Below, piece after piece: positions 20,183-29,646 of a stretch of DNA of 64,000 nucleotides. Origin of the DNA: Candidatus Sumerlaeia bacterium (GTDB taxonomy: Bacteria; Sumerlaeota; Sumerlaeia; SLMS01; JANRJK01). The notes beneath the pieces are model-generated. The model saw nothing but the letters and a program-made list of their open reading frames with translations. It ran no database searches and was not told the origin of the DNA. The stretch's first letter is position 1. Every line of letters starts with the position of its first letter. The DNA is taken from contig JANRJK010000055.1 of the NCBI GenBank assembly GCA_033764015.1, positions 64,001-128,000 on the forward strand, read 5' to 3'. The position numbers and the translations under genes were made by a program.

Positions 20183-21022
20183 GTGTCCCAAACGCCCCCC
20201 GCGCAAGGATTCGACATCCGCCACCTGCTGCCGCACCGCATCGGCGAGCGCGTCGGCGAGGCCACGCTCGACTTCTTCGACGCGTGCGGCGACTACGCGC
20301 GCTTCGCCGGACGCTCGCTGCGCCGCGTCGGCACGCCGCCCTGGCGCTGGCGCATGATCCTCGAACAGATGTTCCTCATCGGTGTCATGTCGCTCTCCAT
20401 CGCGCTCGTCACGTCGATCTTCGTCGGCATGGTGATGGTGCTCCAGACCGGCGTGCAGCTCGTCAAGTTCGGCTCGAAGGGCTACGTGCCCGGCATCGCC
20501 TGGATCGCGAACTCCCGCGCGATGATCCCCGCCTTCGTCGGCATCGTGGTCGGCGCGCGCGTCGCCGCCTCCATCGCCGCGGAGCTCGGCACCATGCGCG
20601 TCACCGAGCAGATCGACGCGCTCGAGGTGCTCAACGTCGACCCGTACCGCTACCTGGTCGCGCCGCGCGTGATCGCCATGACGCTCATGCTCCCGCTCAT
20701 CACCGTGCTCTCGCTCATCTCCGGCTACCTCGGCGGCATGCTGGTGGGCTCGTCGTCGCTCCAGATCGATCCGGTCGAATACTTCGTCATCACCAAGAAG
20801 TTCGCGTACATGGACGACCTGTACGGCGGCTTGGCGAAGACGGTCTTCTTCGGCCTGCTGATCGCGGTCACCGGGTGCTACTACGGGTTCAAAGCCGGCG
20901 GGGGAGCGGAAGGCGTGGGGCGCGCCACCACCAGCGCCGTCGTCGTCACGCTGCTGCTGATCCTCATCAGCGACTACATCCTGTCGTCGTTCATCCTCGC
21001 GCTCGTCGGGCGCCTGGCGTAG
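20183..21022 (+). CDS. MlaE/Ttg2B family ABC permease
   Basis: AAELGTMRVTEQIDALEV, YLVAPR, GAEGVGRATT. Confidence 0.9.
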   Translation: MSQTPPAQGFDIRHLLPHRIGERVGEATLDFFDACGDYARFAGRSLRRVGTPPWRWRMILEQMFLIGVMSLSIALVTSIFVGMVMVLQTGVQLVKFGSKGYVPGIAWIANSRAMIPAFVGIVVGARVAASIAAELGTMRVTEQIDALEVLNVDPYRYLVAPRVIAMTLMLPLITVLSLISGYLGGMLVGSSSLQIDPVEYFVITKKFAYMDDLYGGLAKTVFFGLLIAVTGCYYGFKAGGGAEGVGRATTSAVVVTLLLILISDYILSSFILALVGRLA

Positions 21023-21024
21023 CC

Positions 21025-22608
21025 ATGGACCGCGCGGGCGAACGGCGCCTCGCCGCCCTCGCCTTCGCGATCCCGTTCCTCGCGTACCTGCCGACGCTCG
21101 CCTTCGGCTTCGTCTGGGACGACATCTTCTACTACCGCGACAACCTCTGGATCCGCGACTGGTCGAACCTCCGGCCGCTGGTCTCGCGCATCGAACCCAA
21201 CGCGACGCACGGCGTCGCGGCGGTGTTCTGGCGCCCGCTGCGGAACATCTCGTACCTGGTGGATTGGAGCATCGCCGGCGGGCGCGCGTGGTGGCCGCAC
21301 CTGGTGAACGCGCTCTGGCACGGCGCGGCGTGCGCGGGGCTCTTCGCGCTGGCGCGCCGCCTCGGGCTGGGCGCGGCGGGGGCGCTGGTGGCGGCGCTCG
21401 CGTTCGGACTCCATCCCGCCCAGGCGGAGTCCGCCGCGTGGATCAAGGAGCGCGACGGCCTCATGGCCGCCGCCTTCGCGCTCTGGGCGCTCGCGGCCGC
21501 GCTCGGCGGGGGCGCGCGCGGCATCGCCGCGTTCCTCTGGCTCTTCGCGCTCGCGCTGCTGTCCAAGGAGAACGCCGTCGTGGTGCCCGCGCTGCTCGCG
21601 GCGGCGCTCTGGCTGCGCCCGGGCGGACTCGCGCCCACGCGCGGGCAATGGGCGGCCGCCGCGGCCTCGCTCCTGCTTTGCCTCACCTACCTCTACATCC
21701 GCGCGCAGGTGGTCGGCGCCACCTCCCAGCAGGCCGGCTGGATCGGCGGCGGCCTCGCCCCGACGCTCTGGACCATGGGCGCGGCGTTCCTCGAATACCT
21801 CCGGATCGCGCTGACCGGCACCGGGATGAAGCTCGACTACGGGCATTGGAAGGTGGCCGGCGCCGGCGACTGGGCGCCCTGGGCCGGTTTCGCCGCCCTC
21901 GCCGCGCTGCTCGCCGCCGCGCACCGGCTGCGTCGCGCGGAGCCGCTCGCCGCGCTCGGGGCCGCATGGTTCCTGCTCGCGCTCGCGCCCTACGCGAACC
22001 TCGTCCCCATGATGCAGTGGATGGCGGTGCGGTTCCTGTACTTCCCGCTGGCGGGCGCGGCCATCGCCGCGGGCTGGACCTACGAGCGCCACCTCGTCCC
22101 CCGCACCGGCCGGCACGCCCTCTTCGCCGGCGCGGCGCTCGCGCTGCTCGCAGCCGGCACGCTCGCGCAGCTCCCGATGTGGCGGAGCAACTTCGCCCTC
22201 TGGGCCGCGGAACACGCCCGCAACCCGGACAACCACACGGTGCGCGTGTACCACGCCAACGAGCTGCTCGACACCGGCCGCGCGGGCGAAGCGTCCGCGA
22301 TCCTCTCCACGGTGGACCTCTCCACGGCGATCGGCAAGCGCGCCACCACGTGGCTCACGCTGGCGCGCGCGCGCGAACTCTCCGGCGACGACTCCGGCGC
22401 CCGCGCCGCCATCGAGGACGGGCTCGCCCGCTTCGGTCCCGACCCCGGGCTGCTGGCCGCGTCCGGGCGCCTCCACGCGCAGGCGGGCGACCTCGACGCC
22501 GCGGAGCGCGAATGGCTCCGCGCCATCGCCGTCGATCCGAACAACCTCGTGGTCCGCAGCAACCTCGAACGCCTGGCGGCGATCCGCGCGGAGCAGAACT
22601 CCCCCTAG
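21025..22608 (+). CDS. TMTC-like multi-TM GT-C glycosyltransferase with C-terminal TPRs
   Basis: GFVWDD, FWRPL, LHPAQAESAAWI, LLSKENA, RFLYFP, TPR helices. Confidence 0.75.
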   Translation: MDRAGERRLAALAFAIPFLAYLPTLAFGFVWDDIFYYRDNLWIRDWSNLRPLVSRIEPNATHGVAAVFWRPLRNISYLVDWSIAGGRAWWPHLVNALWHGAACAGLFALARRLGLGAAGALVAALAFGLHPAQAESAAWIKERDGLMAAAFALWALAAALGGGARGIAAFLWLFALALLSKENAVVVPALLAAALWLRPGGLAPTRGQWAAAAASLLLCLTYLYIRAQVVGATSQQAGWIGGGLAPTLWTMGAAFLEYLRIALTGTGMKLDYGHWKVAGAGDWAPWAGFAALAALLAAAHRLRRAEPLAALGAAWFLLALAPYANLVPMMQWMAVRFLYFPLAGAAIAAGWTYERHLVPRTGRHALFAGAALALLAAGTLAQLPMWRSNFALWAAEHARNPDNHTVRVYHANELLDTGRAGEASAILSTVDLSTAIGKRATTWLTLARARELSGDDSGARAAIEDGLARFGPDPGLLAASGRLHAQAGDLDAAEREWLRAIAVDPNNLVVRSNLERLAAIRAEQNSP

Positions 22609-22874
22609 CCGCCCGCCGCCTTGCGCAGCCGCGAGTAGTGCCACCACGGGTGGTCCTCGCCCGTCGTCGCGAACGCCACCACCGCCGTGAACGTGTCGAG
22701 CACGCAGGGATCCTGCCGCGTGCCGGTCTTCCGGCAGAGCGCATCGAAGAGCGCGCGGGGATCCTTTCCGACGAGGTCCGCGGGGCGCTCGATCCCCAGC
22801 AGCCGCAAGTCCGCGGCGAAGGCGGGCCCCACGTTGCGGAGGTCTTCGAGTCGGTCGGGAAGCTGCCGCGGCAT
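22605..22874 (-). CDS. Small helix-hairpin-helix protein (Cdd1/mitomycin-resistance-like)
   Basis: NVGPAFAADLRLLGI, QDPCVLDTF, PWWHY. Confidence 0.8.
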   Translation of the reverse strand: MPRQLPDRLEDLRNVGPAFAADLRLLGIERPADLVGKDPRALFDALCRKTGTRQDPCVLDTFTAVVAFATTGEDHPWWHYSRLRKAAGG

Positions 22875-22894
22875 CGGTGGGTCTCCTGCGGTGC

Positions 22895-23683
22895 TCAGTC
22901 GCGCACAACGTTGGGGGGATTCAGTTCGGGGATCGGCGCGAACCAAGCGTCGTAATCTGCGGCGAAGCTACGCCGCGCGATTCCCCGCATCAACTCCACA
23001 GAAGTCGCCATGTACCGCTTCCCGTGGACGGCCTTCGCCGTCGTTGCGATCCTGTGTTCGAGGAATGCCCGACCGGTGATGTGGCAGGGCGCCGACAGGG
23101 GCGGCTGCGAAGCGCGGCGGCAGAGGTCGCGCGTGGCGCCACAGCCGTTGGCTCCCTCCCAGACGCGGTCGAAGGGGCCCGCGTGGCGCCAAACCTCCAC
23201 GGGAACGACGAGGCACGTGCCATCGAGCACGCGGCGGCGCTGTTCGAGCGCGACGGGCTTGTAGCTGTCCGCGCGGTCATGGGGTGTCGGCTCCTGCTGG
23301 ATACCCACTAGGTAGTGGTCGCGCCAGAGCGTGTGGTAAACGGGGGAGAGCAGGCCGCGGGGGTGCTCGTCGAGCGCCCGGTCGAGGCCGTCGAAGAACC
23401 CGCCCGACAGCACCACGTCGTCGTTGCAGAAGCAGATCGCCGAATAGTCCCCCCCAAGCGCGATCCCCGCGCCGAAGTTGCTCCCGCCAAGCCAGCCGAG
23501 GTTCGAGCCGGGGCAAACCACCCGAGCGAAGTCCTCGGCGGGGGTCGGGGCGGCAGCAGCCGGCCCGTTCCAGACGATGAGCAGATCAACCAGGTGCGAC
23601 TCGCACCAGCAGGAGTCCACGAGCCCGTCGAGCAGCTTGCCGGAGCGGCCCATGCTCGGCACCACAACGCAGAACGTCTTCAC
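22895..23683 (-). CDS. Divergent GT2-like glycosyltransferase
   Basis: VVVPS, NLGWLGGSNFG, CNDDV, DGTCLVV, GPFD. Confidence 0.65.
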   Translation of the reverse strand: MKTFCVVVPSMGRSGKLLDGLVDSCWCESHLVDLLIVWNGPAAAAPTPAEDFARVVCPGSNLGWLGGSNFGAGIALGGDYSAICFCNDDVVLSGGFFDGLDRALDEHPRGLLSPVYHTLWRDHYLVGIQQEPTPHDRADSYKPVALEQRRRVLDGTCLVVPVEVWRHAGPFDRVWEGANGCGATRDLCRRASQPPLSAPCHITGRAFLEHRIATTAKAVHGKRYMATSVELMRGIARRSFAADYDAWFAPIPELNPPNVVRD

Positions 23684-23701
23684 GGAACTCCCCCCCTGCG
23701 G

Positions 23702-24859
23702 CTATTCCGGCGGAGCGAACTCCTCGACCGGCAATCGCTGGATCGCGTCGAGGCAGCGCACGGCGGCCCGCCCGTCGCCGTAGGGGCTCGCGGGCGCGGG
23801 ACGCTCCGTGCGCGCCAGCCAGCGCGCCGCGCCTTCGCGGATGCGCGCCCGGTCCGGGCCGACCAGCTCGACGCCGCCGCCGGCGAGCGCCTCGGGGCGC
23901 TCCGTCGTGTCGCGCGTCACCAGCACCGGGACGCCGAGCGCGGGCGCTTCCTCCTGTACGCCGCCGGAATCCGTCACCACGACGTCCGCCAGCGCGAGCG
24001 CCGCGACAAAGTTGAGATAGTCAAGCACCGGCGCGAGGCGGACGTTCGCGCGCCCCGCGAGCAGCCGCCGCACGGGCTCCTGCACGTTCGGGTTCAGGTG
24101 TACCGGGTAGAGCACCAGCGCGTCCGGGTGGTCGTCGGCGATGTCGCGGACGCCGAGGCAGAACTCCTCGAAGGCGGGGCCGAAGTTCTCGCGGCGGTGG
24201 CCCGTGACCAGGACCAGTTTGCGCGCGGGGCCGGCGGTTTTCCACGCGCGCGCCTCCGCGACCTCCGGCGCCGGGTCTGCGAGGGACTTCGCGCGCTCGA
24301 CGGCGAGCAGCAGCGCGTCGATCACGGAGTTGCCGGTGGTGGCGATGCGCGCGCCGGTGCGCTCGAGGCCCTCGGAGCGGAGCGCGCGGGCGGCGCGCGG
24401 CGTCGGTGCGAGGTGCAGCCGCGCCAACTGCCCGACCACGCGGCGGTTCATCTCCTCCGGATAGGGCGAGCGCAGGTTGTCGGTGCGCAGGCCCGCCTCG
24501 ACATGCACCACGTCGACGCCTTCGTAGAATGCGGCGAGCGCGCCCGCCATCACCGTGGTGGTGTCGCCCTGCACGACGAGGCAATCGGGGCGCAGCTCGC
24601 GCAGCAGCCCGCCGACGCCGAGCAGCGCGCGCGCCGTCAGGTCCGGCAGCGTCTGGTCCGGGCGCATCAGCGCGAGGTCGCGCTCCGGCTCGAGGCCGAA
24701 GACCGCCAGCACCTGCGCCACCATCTCGCGGTGCTGGCCCGTCGCGGCGACGAGCGGTTCGAGCCCGCGCCGGCGCCGCGCCTCGAGGATCAGCGGTGCG
24801 AGCTTGATCGCCTCCGGCCGCGTGCCGAACAGGAAGAGCGGGCGCCGGTAGCCGCTCAC
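23702..24859 (-). CDS. wecB: UDP-GlcNAc 2-epimerase (non-hydrolysing)
   Basis: GTRPEAIK, TGQH, QGDT, HVEAGLR, PEEMNR, HRRENFG, TDSGGVQEEA. Confidence 0.95.
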   Translation of the reverse strand: MSGYRRPLFLFGTRPEAIKLAPLILEARRRRGLEPLVAATGQHREMVAQVLAVFGLEPERDLALMRPDQTLPDLTARALLGVGGLLRELRPDCLVVQGDTTTVMAGALAAFYEGVDVVHVEAGLRTDNLRSPYPEEMNRRVVGQLARLHLAPTPRAARALRSEGLERTGARIATTGNSVIDALLLAVERAKSLADPAPEVAEARAWKTAGPARKLVLVTGHRRENFGPAFEEFCLGVRDIADDHPDALVLYPVHLNPNVQEPVRRLLAGRANVRLAPVLDYLNFVAALALADVVVTDSGGVQEEAPALGVPVLVTRDTTERPEALAGGGVELVGPDRARIREGAARWLARTERPAPASPYGDGRAAVRCLDAIQRLPVEEFAPPE

Positions 24860-25245
24860 GGCGCGGGGGGGCGCACCTGCGCCACGAGCTGACGGATCGC
24901 CGACATCTGCGGGTCGTTGACGCGGAAGTAGTCCTGCCCGAAGTGCGTCACCACCGCCTCCAGCGCCTCCGGCAGCGTGATGCCCTTCACCTTCACGATC
25001 AGGTCGAGGAAGTCCGCCGCGTGGTGCCCGGCGCAACCGAGGTGGCGGCAGTGGTACGTGTTGTTCCGCGGGTTCAGCACCAGCGTGCGGAACACCTCGT
25101 CGCGGTGGATCGGGCAGAGGGCCACATAGACGTCGCCCTCGCGCTTGATCTTCTCCGGAAAGTAGCCGAGGAACCGGACGAGGGCCCGCACCTCGAGCGC
25201 GCTGTTCACCTGCGCGCAGATCGCGGGATAGGAGGTCTCGTTCAC
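24856..25245 (-). CDS. Stand-alone CHC2 (DnaG-type) zinc-finger protein
   Basis: ALCPIH-x18-CRHLGC, DFLDLIVKVKGITLPEALE. Confidence 0.75.
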   Translation of the reverse strand: MNETSYPAICAQVNSALEVRALVRFLGYFPEKIKREGDVYVALCPIHRDEVFRTLVLNPRNNTYHCRHLGCAGHHAADFLDLIVKVKGITLPEALEAVVTHFGQDYFRVNDPQMSAIRQLVAQVRPPAP

Positions 25246-25272
25246 GGCGCGGCTACCGGTCGCGGCTCCGCG

Positions 25273-26418
25273 TCAGGAGTCCAGCGAGCCATCGGCCCAG
25301 CGGTCGCAGAACGCGCGCAGTTCCGCCACGGAGGGCCCGGTGCCCGTCCGCACGTAGAAGCCCGAGACCGCCTTGCCGACGACGACCGCCCGCGCGGGCG
25401 GCAGGCCCAGCATGCGGGCGGTCGCGTAGCCGCCGTTGAAGTGGTCGCCGGCGCCCGTCGTCAGCTTCGGATTCTTGCAGTACGGTCCGTCCACGCTCCC
25501 CGAGCCCGCCGCGCCCCAGGCGCTGGCGAGCCGCGTGGGGTGGATCACGACTTCGGAGATGGCGAGCGCCTCCGCGACGGCGCGCGCGCGCGCCAGCTGC
25601 CCCGCGCCGTCGTTCCCGCCGCGGTCCACGCCGAGCGCGTCGCAGACCGACTCGCTCTCCTTCTCGTTCAGTCCCAGGATCGCGGTGGTGTGCTTCGAGC
25701 TGTAGGAGGCCATCACGCGGAGCGCGTCGACCAGGTCCGCGACGGGGCGCTTCGCCGGGTCGCAGAGGTCGAAGAAGGCGATGCGCGGGGCCTCCGCGCC
25801 GAGCGCCTCGACGTCCGCGCGCATCCGGCGCAGGATGTCCGTCAGGTGGGGGAGCATCGTCCAGTTGAGGATCGCGACGAGGCCGCAGCCGCGCAGCGTG
25901 TTGCGCAGGCCCTCCGTGCCGCCGAGGCGCGCGGCCATGTTGTCGTAGGTGACGTCGCGCAGGCCCTCCATGCGGCCGTGCATGATCTTGCCGTCGTCGC
26001 CGAACTCGGCGGCGAGCGTGATCCCCGGGGGCGCGATGGGGTTGAGCGAGCCGAACCGGCGCAGCGGCTCGTAAACGGGGTGCAGCTCGGGCCAGCCCAC
26101 CGCGCCGACGTAGCACAGCTCGGCCCCGAGCGCGCCGACCGCCTGCGCCATCAGCGGCCCGTTGCCGCCGATCTTGATTTCCTGCGTGACGAACTCGACG
26201 TTCGTGGACTTCCCGCCGGACGCGGCGCCGATGCGCCCGGCGTACTCCGCAACCGAGTCGATCGGATCGTAGTCGTCCGCGGCGCGGCGCGTGCGGACCA
26301 CGCGGACGATCTCGTCCACGAAGCCGTCGAGCCCGAGCCAGGCGCGCTGGCGTGGCATGGAGGCTGCGGCGCTCTGGAGCGCCTGCGCGGCGTCGCGGAT
26401 CGTGGTGGCGGCATCCAT
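25273..26418 (-). CDS. PfkB/ribokinase-fold carbohydrate kinase-like protein
   Basis: GLDGFVDEI, KIGGNGPLMA, GLNEKE, TTGAGDHFNGG. Confidence 0.8.
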   Translation of the reverse strand: MDAATTIRDAAQALQSAAASMPRQRAWLGLDGFVDEIVRVVRTRRAADDYDPIDSVAEYAGRIGAASGGKSTNVEFVTQEIKIGGNGPLMAQAVGALGAELCYVGAVGWPELHPVYEPLRRFGSLNPIAPPGITLAAEFGDDGKIMHGRMEGLRDVTYDNMAARLGGTEGLRNTLRGCGLVAILNWTMLPHLTDILRRMRADVEALGAEAPRIAFFDLCDPAKRPVADLVDALRVMASYSSKHTTAILGLNEKESESVCDALGVDRGGNDGAGQLARARAVAEALAISEVVIHPTRLASAWGAAGSGSVDGPYCKNPKLTTGAGDHFNGGYATARMLGLPPARAVVVGKAVSGFYVRTGTGPSVAELRAFCDRWADGSLDS

Positions 26419-26622
26419 CGGAGGGGCACCTCGGGGGAACGTGTCGGGATCGGGCGGCGGCGGTCGCGGCGGCCCGTCCGCATGAGGGCCCCGCGGGCGC
26501 GTCCGGGCAAGGGTTCTCGCCCCGCGCGCCGCGCAACCGCTTTCCGTTTGCTTTCCCGCGCGCCGCCCGGCGAATTGCTACCCTCACCGCTGTGCGTTCC
26601 AAATCCCGAACCGAGGCCCCCG

Positions 26623-27888
26623 ATGGACTCCGTCAAGATCGGCCTGCTGCTGGGCGATGAACTGGACTGGCCCTCCACCTACGAGTCGCTGCTCCGCCGG
26701 CTCGACCTCCGCGTCAAGCACCGCGGACGCGAGACCCGCGTCGAGTGCGAGCGCGTCCGCATCCACCCCTTCGCGCTCAACGCCCCCACCAGCTACCGCC
26801 TCGTCATCGACCGCCTCGCCTACTGGTACCTGCACCCGCGCGAGTGGCTGAAAAAGGCCGCGCTCCTCAACGACGTGTACATGATCAACAACCCGTTCAC
26901 GTTTCAGTCCATGGAGAAGCACGCCGCCTACTGCGCCATGATGCGCTGCGGCATCAAGATCCCCGAGACCTGGCTGATCCCCACGAAGAACCCGCCGGCG
27001 GACCCCACCTTCGCGCGCAAGTACGAGCGCACCGCCGCCAAGTACAACGACCTCTTCGACCTCGGCGGCCTCGGCGGACACATCGGCTACCCGATGTATA
27101 TGAAGCCCTTCGACGGCGGCGGCTGGCGCGGCGTCTCCCGCATCGCCGACCAGGAGGCGCTCTACTCGCAGTACGACAGCTCCGGCCAGTCGCTCATGCA
27201 CCTCCAGCGCGCGGTCGAACCCTACGACGTCTTCGTCCGATCCCTCGCCATCGGCCCGCAGGTCATCTCGCTCCGCTACGACCCGACGCAGCCCTCGCAC
27301 GGGCGCTACCAGGTGGACCACGCGTTCCTCAGCGAGCGCCAGGGCCGCGAGGCGCGCCAGCTCGTCAAGCTCATCAACAGCTTCTTCCGCTGGGAGTTCA
27401 ACTCCTGCGAGTGCATGCTGCAGGGCGACGACGTCTGGGCCATCGACTTCGCCAACGCCTGCCCCGACATCGCGATCAACAGCCTCCACTACTACTACCC
27501 CTGGGCGCTCATGGCGCTGGTCCGCTGGTCCGTGTTCTGCGCCACCACCGGGCGCCGCTCGCGCATCAACATGGAGCCCTACCAGTACTTCGAAATCGGC
27601 GATTCGGACCGCTCCTACGAGGAGAAGCTCGCCGCCTACGAGGCCATCGCCGACAACTACTTCCAGCGCGACGAGTTCGAGGAGTTCTGCGAAGTCAACT
27701 TCCCGCACCTCGAAGAGGTCGCCATCGAGTACTTCCGCTCGCAGGAGTTCCTCGACATGACCTCCGAGACGATCCGCGACATCTTCCCGCCGCACGAGCA
27801 GGAGAAGTACACGGGGCACTTCGCCGGCCTCGCGCGCTTCTGGGCCCAGTCGCGCGCGGAGCAGCTCGCGGCGGCGAAGGGGAAGTAA
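26623..27888 (+). CDS. ATP-grasp ligase (RimK/glutathione-synthetase-like)
   Basis: INNPF, IPETWLIP, GYPMYMKPFDGGGW, FNSCE, IDFAN. Confidence 0.8.
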   Translation: MDSVKIGLLLGDELDWPSTYESLLRRLDLRVKHRGRETRVECERVRIHPFALNAPTSYRLVIDRLAYWYLHPREWLKKAALLNDVYMINNPFTFQSMEKHAAYCAMMRCGIKIPETWLIPTKNPPADPTFARKYERTAAKYNDLFDLGGLGGHIGYPMYMKPFDGGGWRGVSRIADQEALYSQYDSSGQSLMHLQRAVEPYDVFVRSLAIGPQVISLRYDPTQPSHGRYQVDHAFLSERQGREARQLVKLINSFFRWEFNSCECMLQGDDVWAIDFANACPDIAINSLHYYYPWALMALVRWSVFCATTGRRSRINMEPYQYFEIGDSDRSYEEKLAAYEAIADNYFQRDEFEEFCEVNFPHLEEVAIEYFRSQEFLDMTSETIRDIFPPHEQEKYTGHFAGLARFWAQSRAEQLAAAKGK

Positions 27889-27938
27889 ACCGGCGCGAAG
27901 GTTGCGCCAGAGGACGCAGGAGCATAGGAGGCACCGCC

Positions 27939-28199
27939 ATGCCGGACCACTACCGCAGCACCGAACACAGCGACGACACGCCCCCCGCGGGCGTCTGCGC
28001 GTGGCTGCGCGCCGCGGACGACGCGGTGCTCTCCTTCCTGCCGCTCTCCGTCACGGAGCACATCGCCGAGGGGCGCCGGCACCTCGCCGGCGTCGCCTCG
28101 CGGCTCGCCGAGCTCGAACGCGAGCGCTCCGCCCGCGTGGTCGAGCGCGCGCGCTCGCTCCACGAAGAGATGGCCTCCCGCAACGCAACCCCGCGCTGA
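27939..28199 (+). CDS. Small helical hypothetical protein (86 aa)
   Basis: AGGAGG RBS; fills the gap between ATP-grasp and peroxidase genes. Confidence 0.6.
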   Translation: MPDHYRSTEHSDDTPPAGVCAWLRAADDAVLSFLPLSVTEHIAEGRRHLAGVASRLAELERERSARVVERARSLHEEMASRNATPR

Positions 28200-28220
28200 A
28201 CGCGCCCGAAAGCCGACGCC

Positions 28221-28796
28221 ATGAACCGCGCCACCGCATTCCTGCTGCTGCTCTTCGCGGCCATCGCCGCCCTGCCCGCCACGCTCCGCGCCAACGAGGA
28301 CTCCGAAATGCCCGCTTGGATGACCGCCCCCTACGCCACTATGGAGGGCACCACGGAAACGCTCGCCACCGCCTACCCCGGCAAGACGGTCGTCGTCGTC
28401 AACGTCGCCTCGCGCTGCGGCTACACCCGCCAGTACGCCGACCTGCAGAAGCTCCAGCAGCAGTACGCCGACCGCGGCCTCGTCGTCGTCGCGTTCCCGT
28501 CGAACGACTATGGCGGCCAGGAACCGGGCACCGACGCCGAAATCCTCGAATTCTGCGAGTCGCGCTTCAGCGTCACCTTCCCCGTGAAGTCCAAGATGCC
28601 CACTCGCGGGGACGGCAAGAGCCCTCTCTACGCCGCGCTCACCGGCCCCGACTCCCCCAAGCCCGGCGAGGTGAAGTGGAACTTCGAAAAGTTCGTCATC
28701 GCCCCCGACGGCCGCATAGTCGCCCGCTTAGGCTCCGCTACGGAGCCGACGTCGGCGGAAATGGTGAAGGCGGTGGAGGAAGCGGTCGGGGGGTGA
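28221..28796 (+). CDS. Cys-type glutathione peroxidase family protein with signal peptide
   Basis: VNVASRCGYT, FPSNDYGGQEPG, WNFEKF. Confidence 0.9.
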   Translation: MNRATAFLLLLFAAIAALPATLRANEDSEMPAWMTAPYATMEGTTETLATAYPGKTVVVVNVASRCGYTRQYADLQKLQQQYADRGLVVVAFPSNDYGGQEPGTDAEILEFCESRFSVTFPVKSKMPTRGDGKSPLYAALTGPDSPKPGEVKWNFEKFVIAPDGRIVARLGSATEPTSAEMVKAVEEAVGG

Positions 28797-28803
28797 GGGA
28801 CGG

Positions 28804-29076
28804 TCAGGCGGACCTCGGCCGCCGCTTCACGCGGCTGCCGGTTCGCTTCAACTCCACCAGCCGCTTCTCGCTCGGCAATGCGTCGATGACCCACGACAGC
28901 CGGCGGATGCTGCGCGAGCAGACGCTGAGAAGCTGAAGGCACTCCTCCGGATCGTCGGAAAGGTACTCTTCCACCGGCACCGAGCCCAGATCGTGGAAGA
29001 GCATCATCCGCAGCTTCAGCCACGCCTCCATGAACTCGATGCAGGGGCGGGGTTCGGCGGGACTCTTCCTAGTCAT
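28804..29076 (-). CDS. Hypothetical protein (uncertain)
   Basis: Open frame in lower-GC islet, no recognisable motif. Confidence 0.3.
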   Translation of the reverse strand: MTRKSPAEPRPCIEFMEAWLKLRMMLFHDLGSVPVEEYLSDDPEECLQLLSVCSRSIRRLSWVIDALPSEKRLVELKRTGSRVKRRPRSA

Positions 29077-29169
29077 GCTCCCCAACATCATGCAGATGGA
29101 AGCTGGCATCGGCCCAATCCCGCGAGAGGCAGCGGGTCGGAGCACAAATTTAGAGGACTTGGGGGACGT

Positions 29170-29646
29170 CGATGCACGGCGCGACCATGGGCTATACCGG
29201 CAAGGCGCTGACGAACTCGGCGAGGTCAGCGGGCCTCTTCCTTTTGAGCGCGGTGACGTCAATCAACGGGCGTCGTCGAGCATCCTCATGGGCTCGCGAG
29301 ACTCAAGCCGCTCCTAGTGAAGGCGGAATCAAAGTCCCGTAACCGACTGCTCGTTACTCTCGAAAGAACTTTGGCGTCACCCTCAAACCACACCGTGCAG
29401 CGAGGTTATCCTGTGCTGGCCGTCGTGCAGCCGCTTGAATTCACATCGGGCCAGCGGACCGTCGCCTGATCGCGTCGTAGTATTCGACTCGGTCGCCCAA
29501 ACGAGAAGACCTCTTACGGGATGCAGACGGTGACGCGAGTCGAACAGTTTTCGCACCTAGTCCCGGGTCTCTTCGGAGCCGCGCTGGAAATCGGGCGGCG
29601 CCAGGTGGCCGCTGTGGATGTAGTGGAGGATGGTGGACATCTTCAC
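29170..29646 (-). pseudogene. Decayed N-terminal fragment of a GmrSD/DUF262-family protein
   Basis: Manual translation: VKMSTILHYIHSGHLAPPDFQRG..*VRKLFDS..HPVRGLLVWATES..GDGPLA..DGQHRITSLHGVV*; several stops and a frameshift. Confidence 0.8.

Noticed and set aside
27939..28199. Graspetide (RiPP) precursor beside the ATP-grasp ligase
   Set aside because: No repeated core motifs or recognisable leader; looks like an amphipathic helical protein
28221..28796. Selenocysteine in the peroxidase
   Set aside because: Active-site codon is TGC
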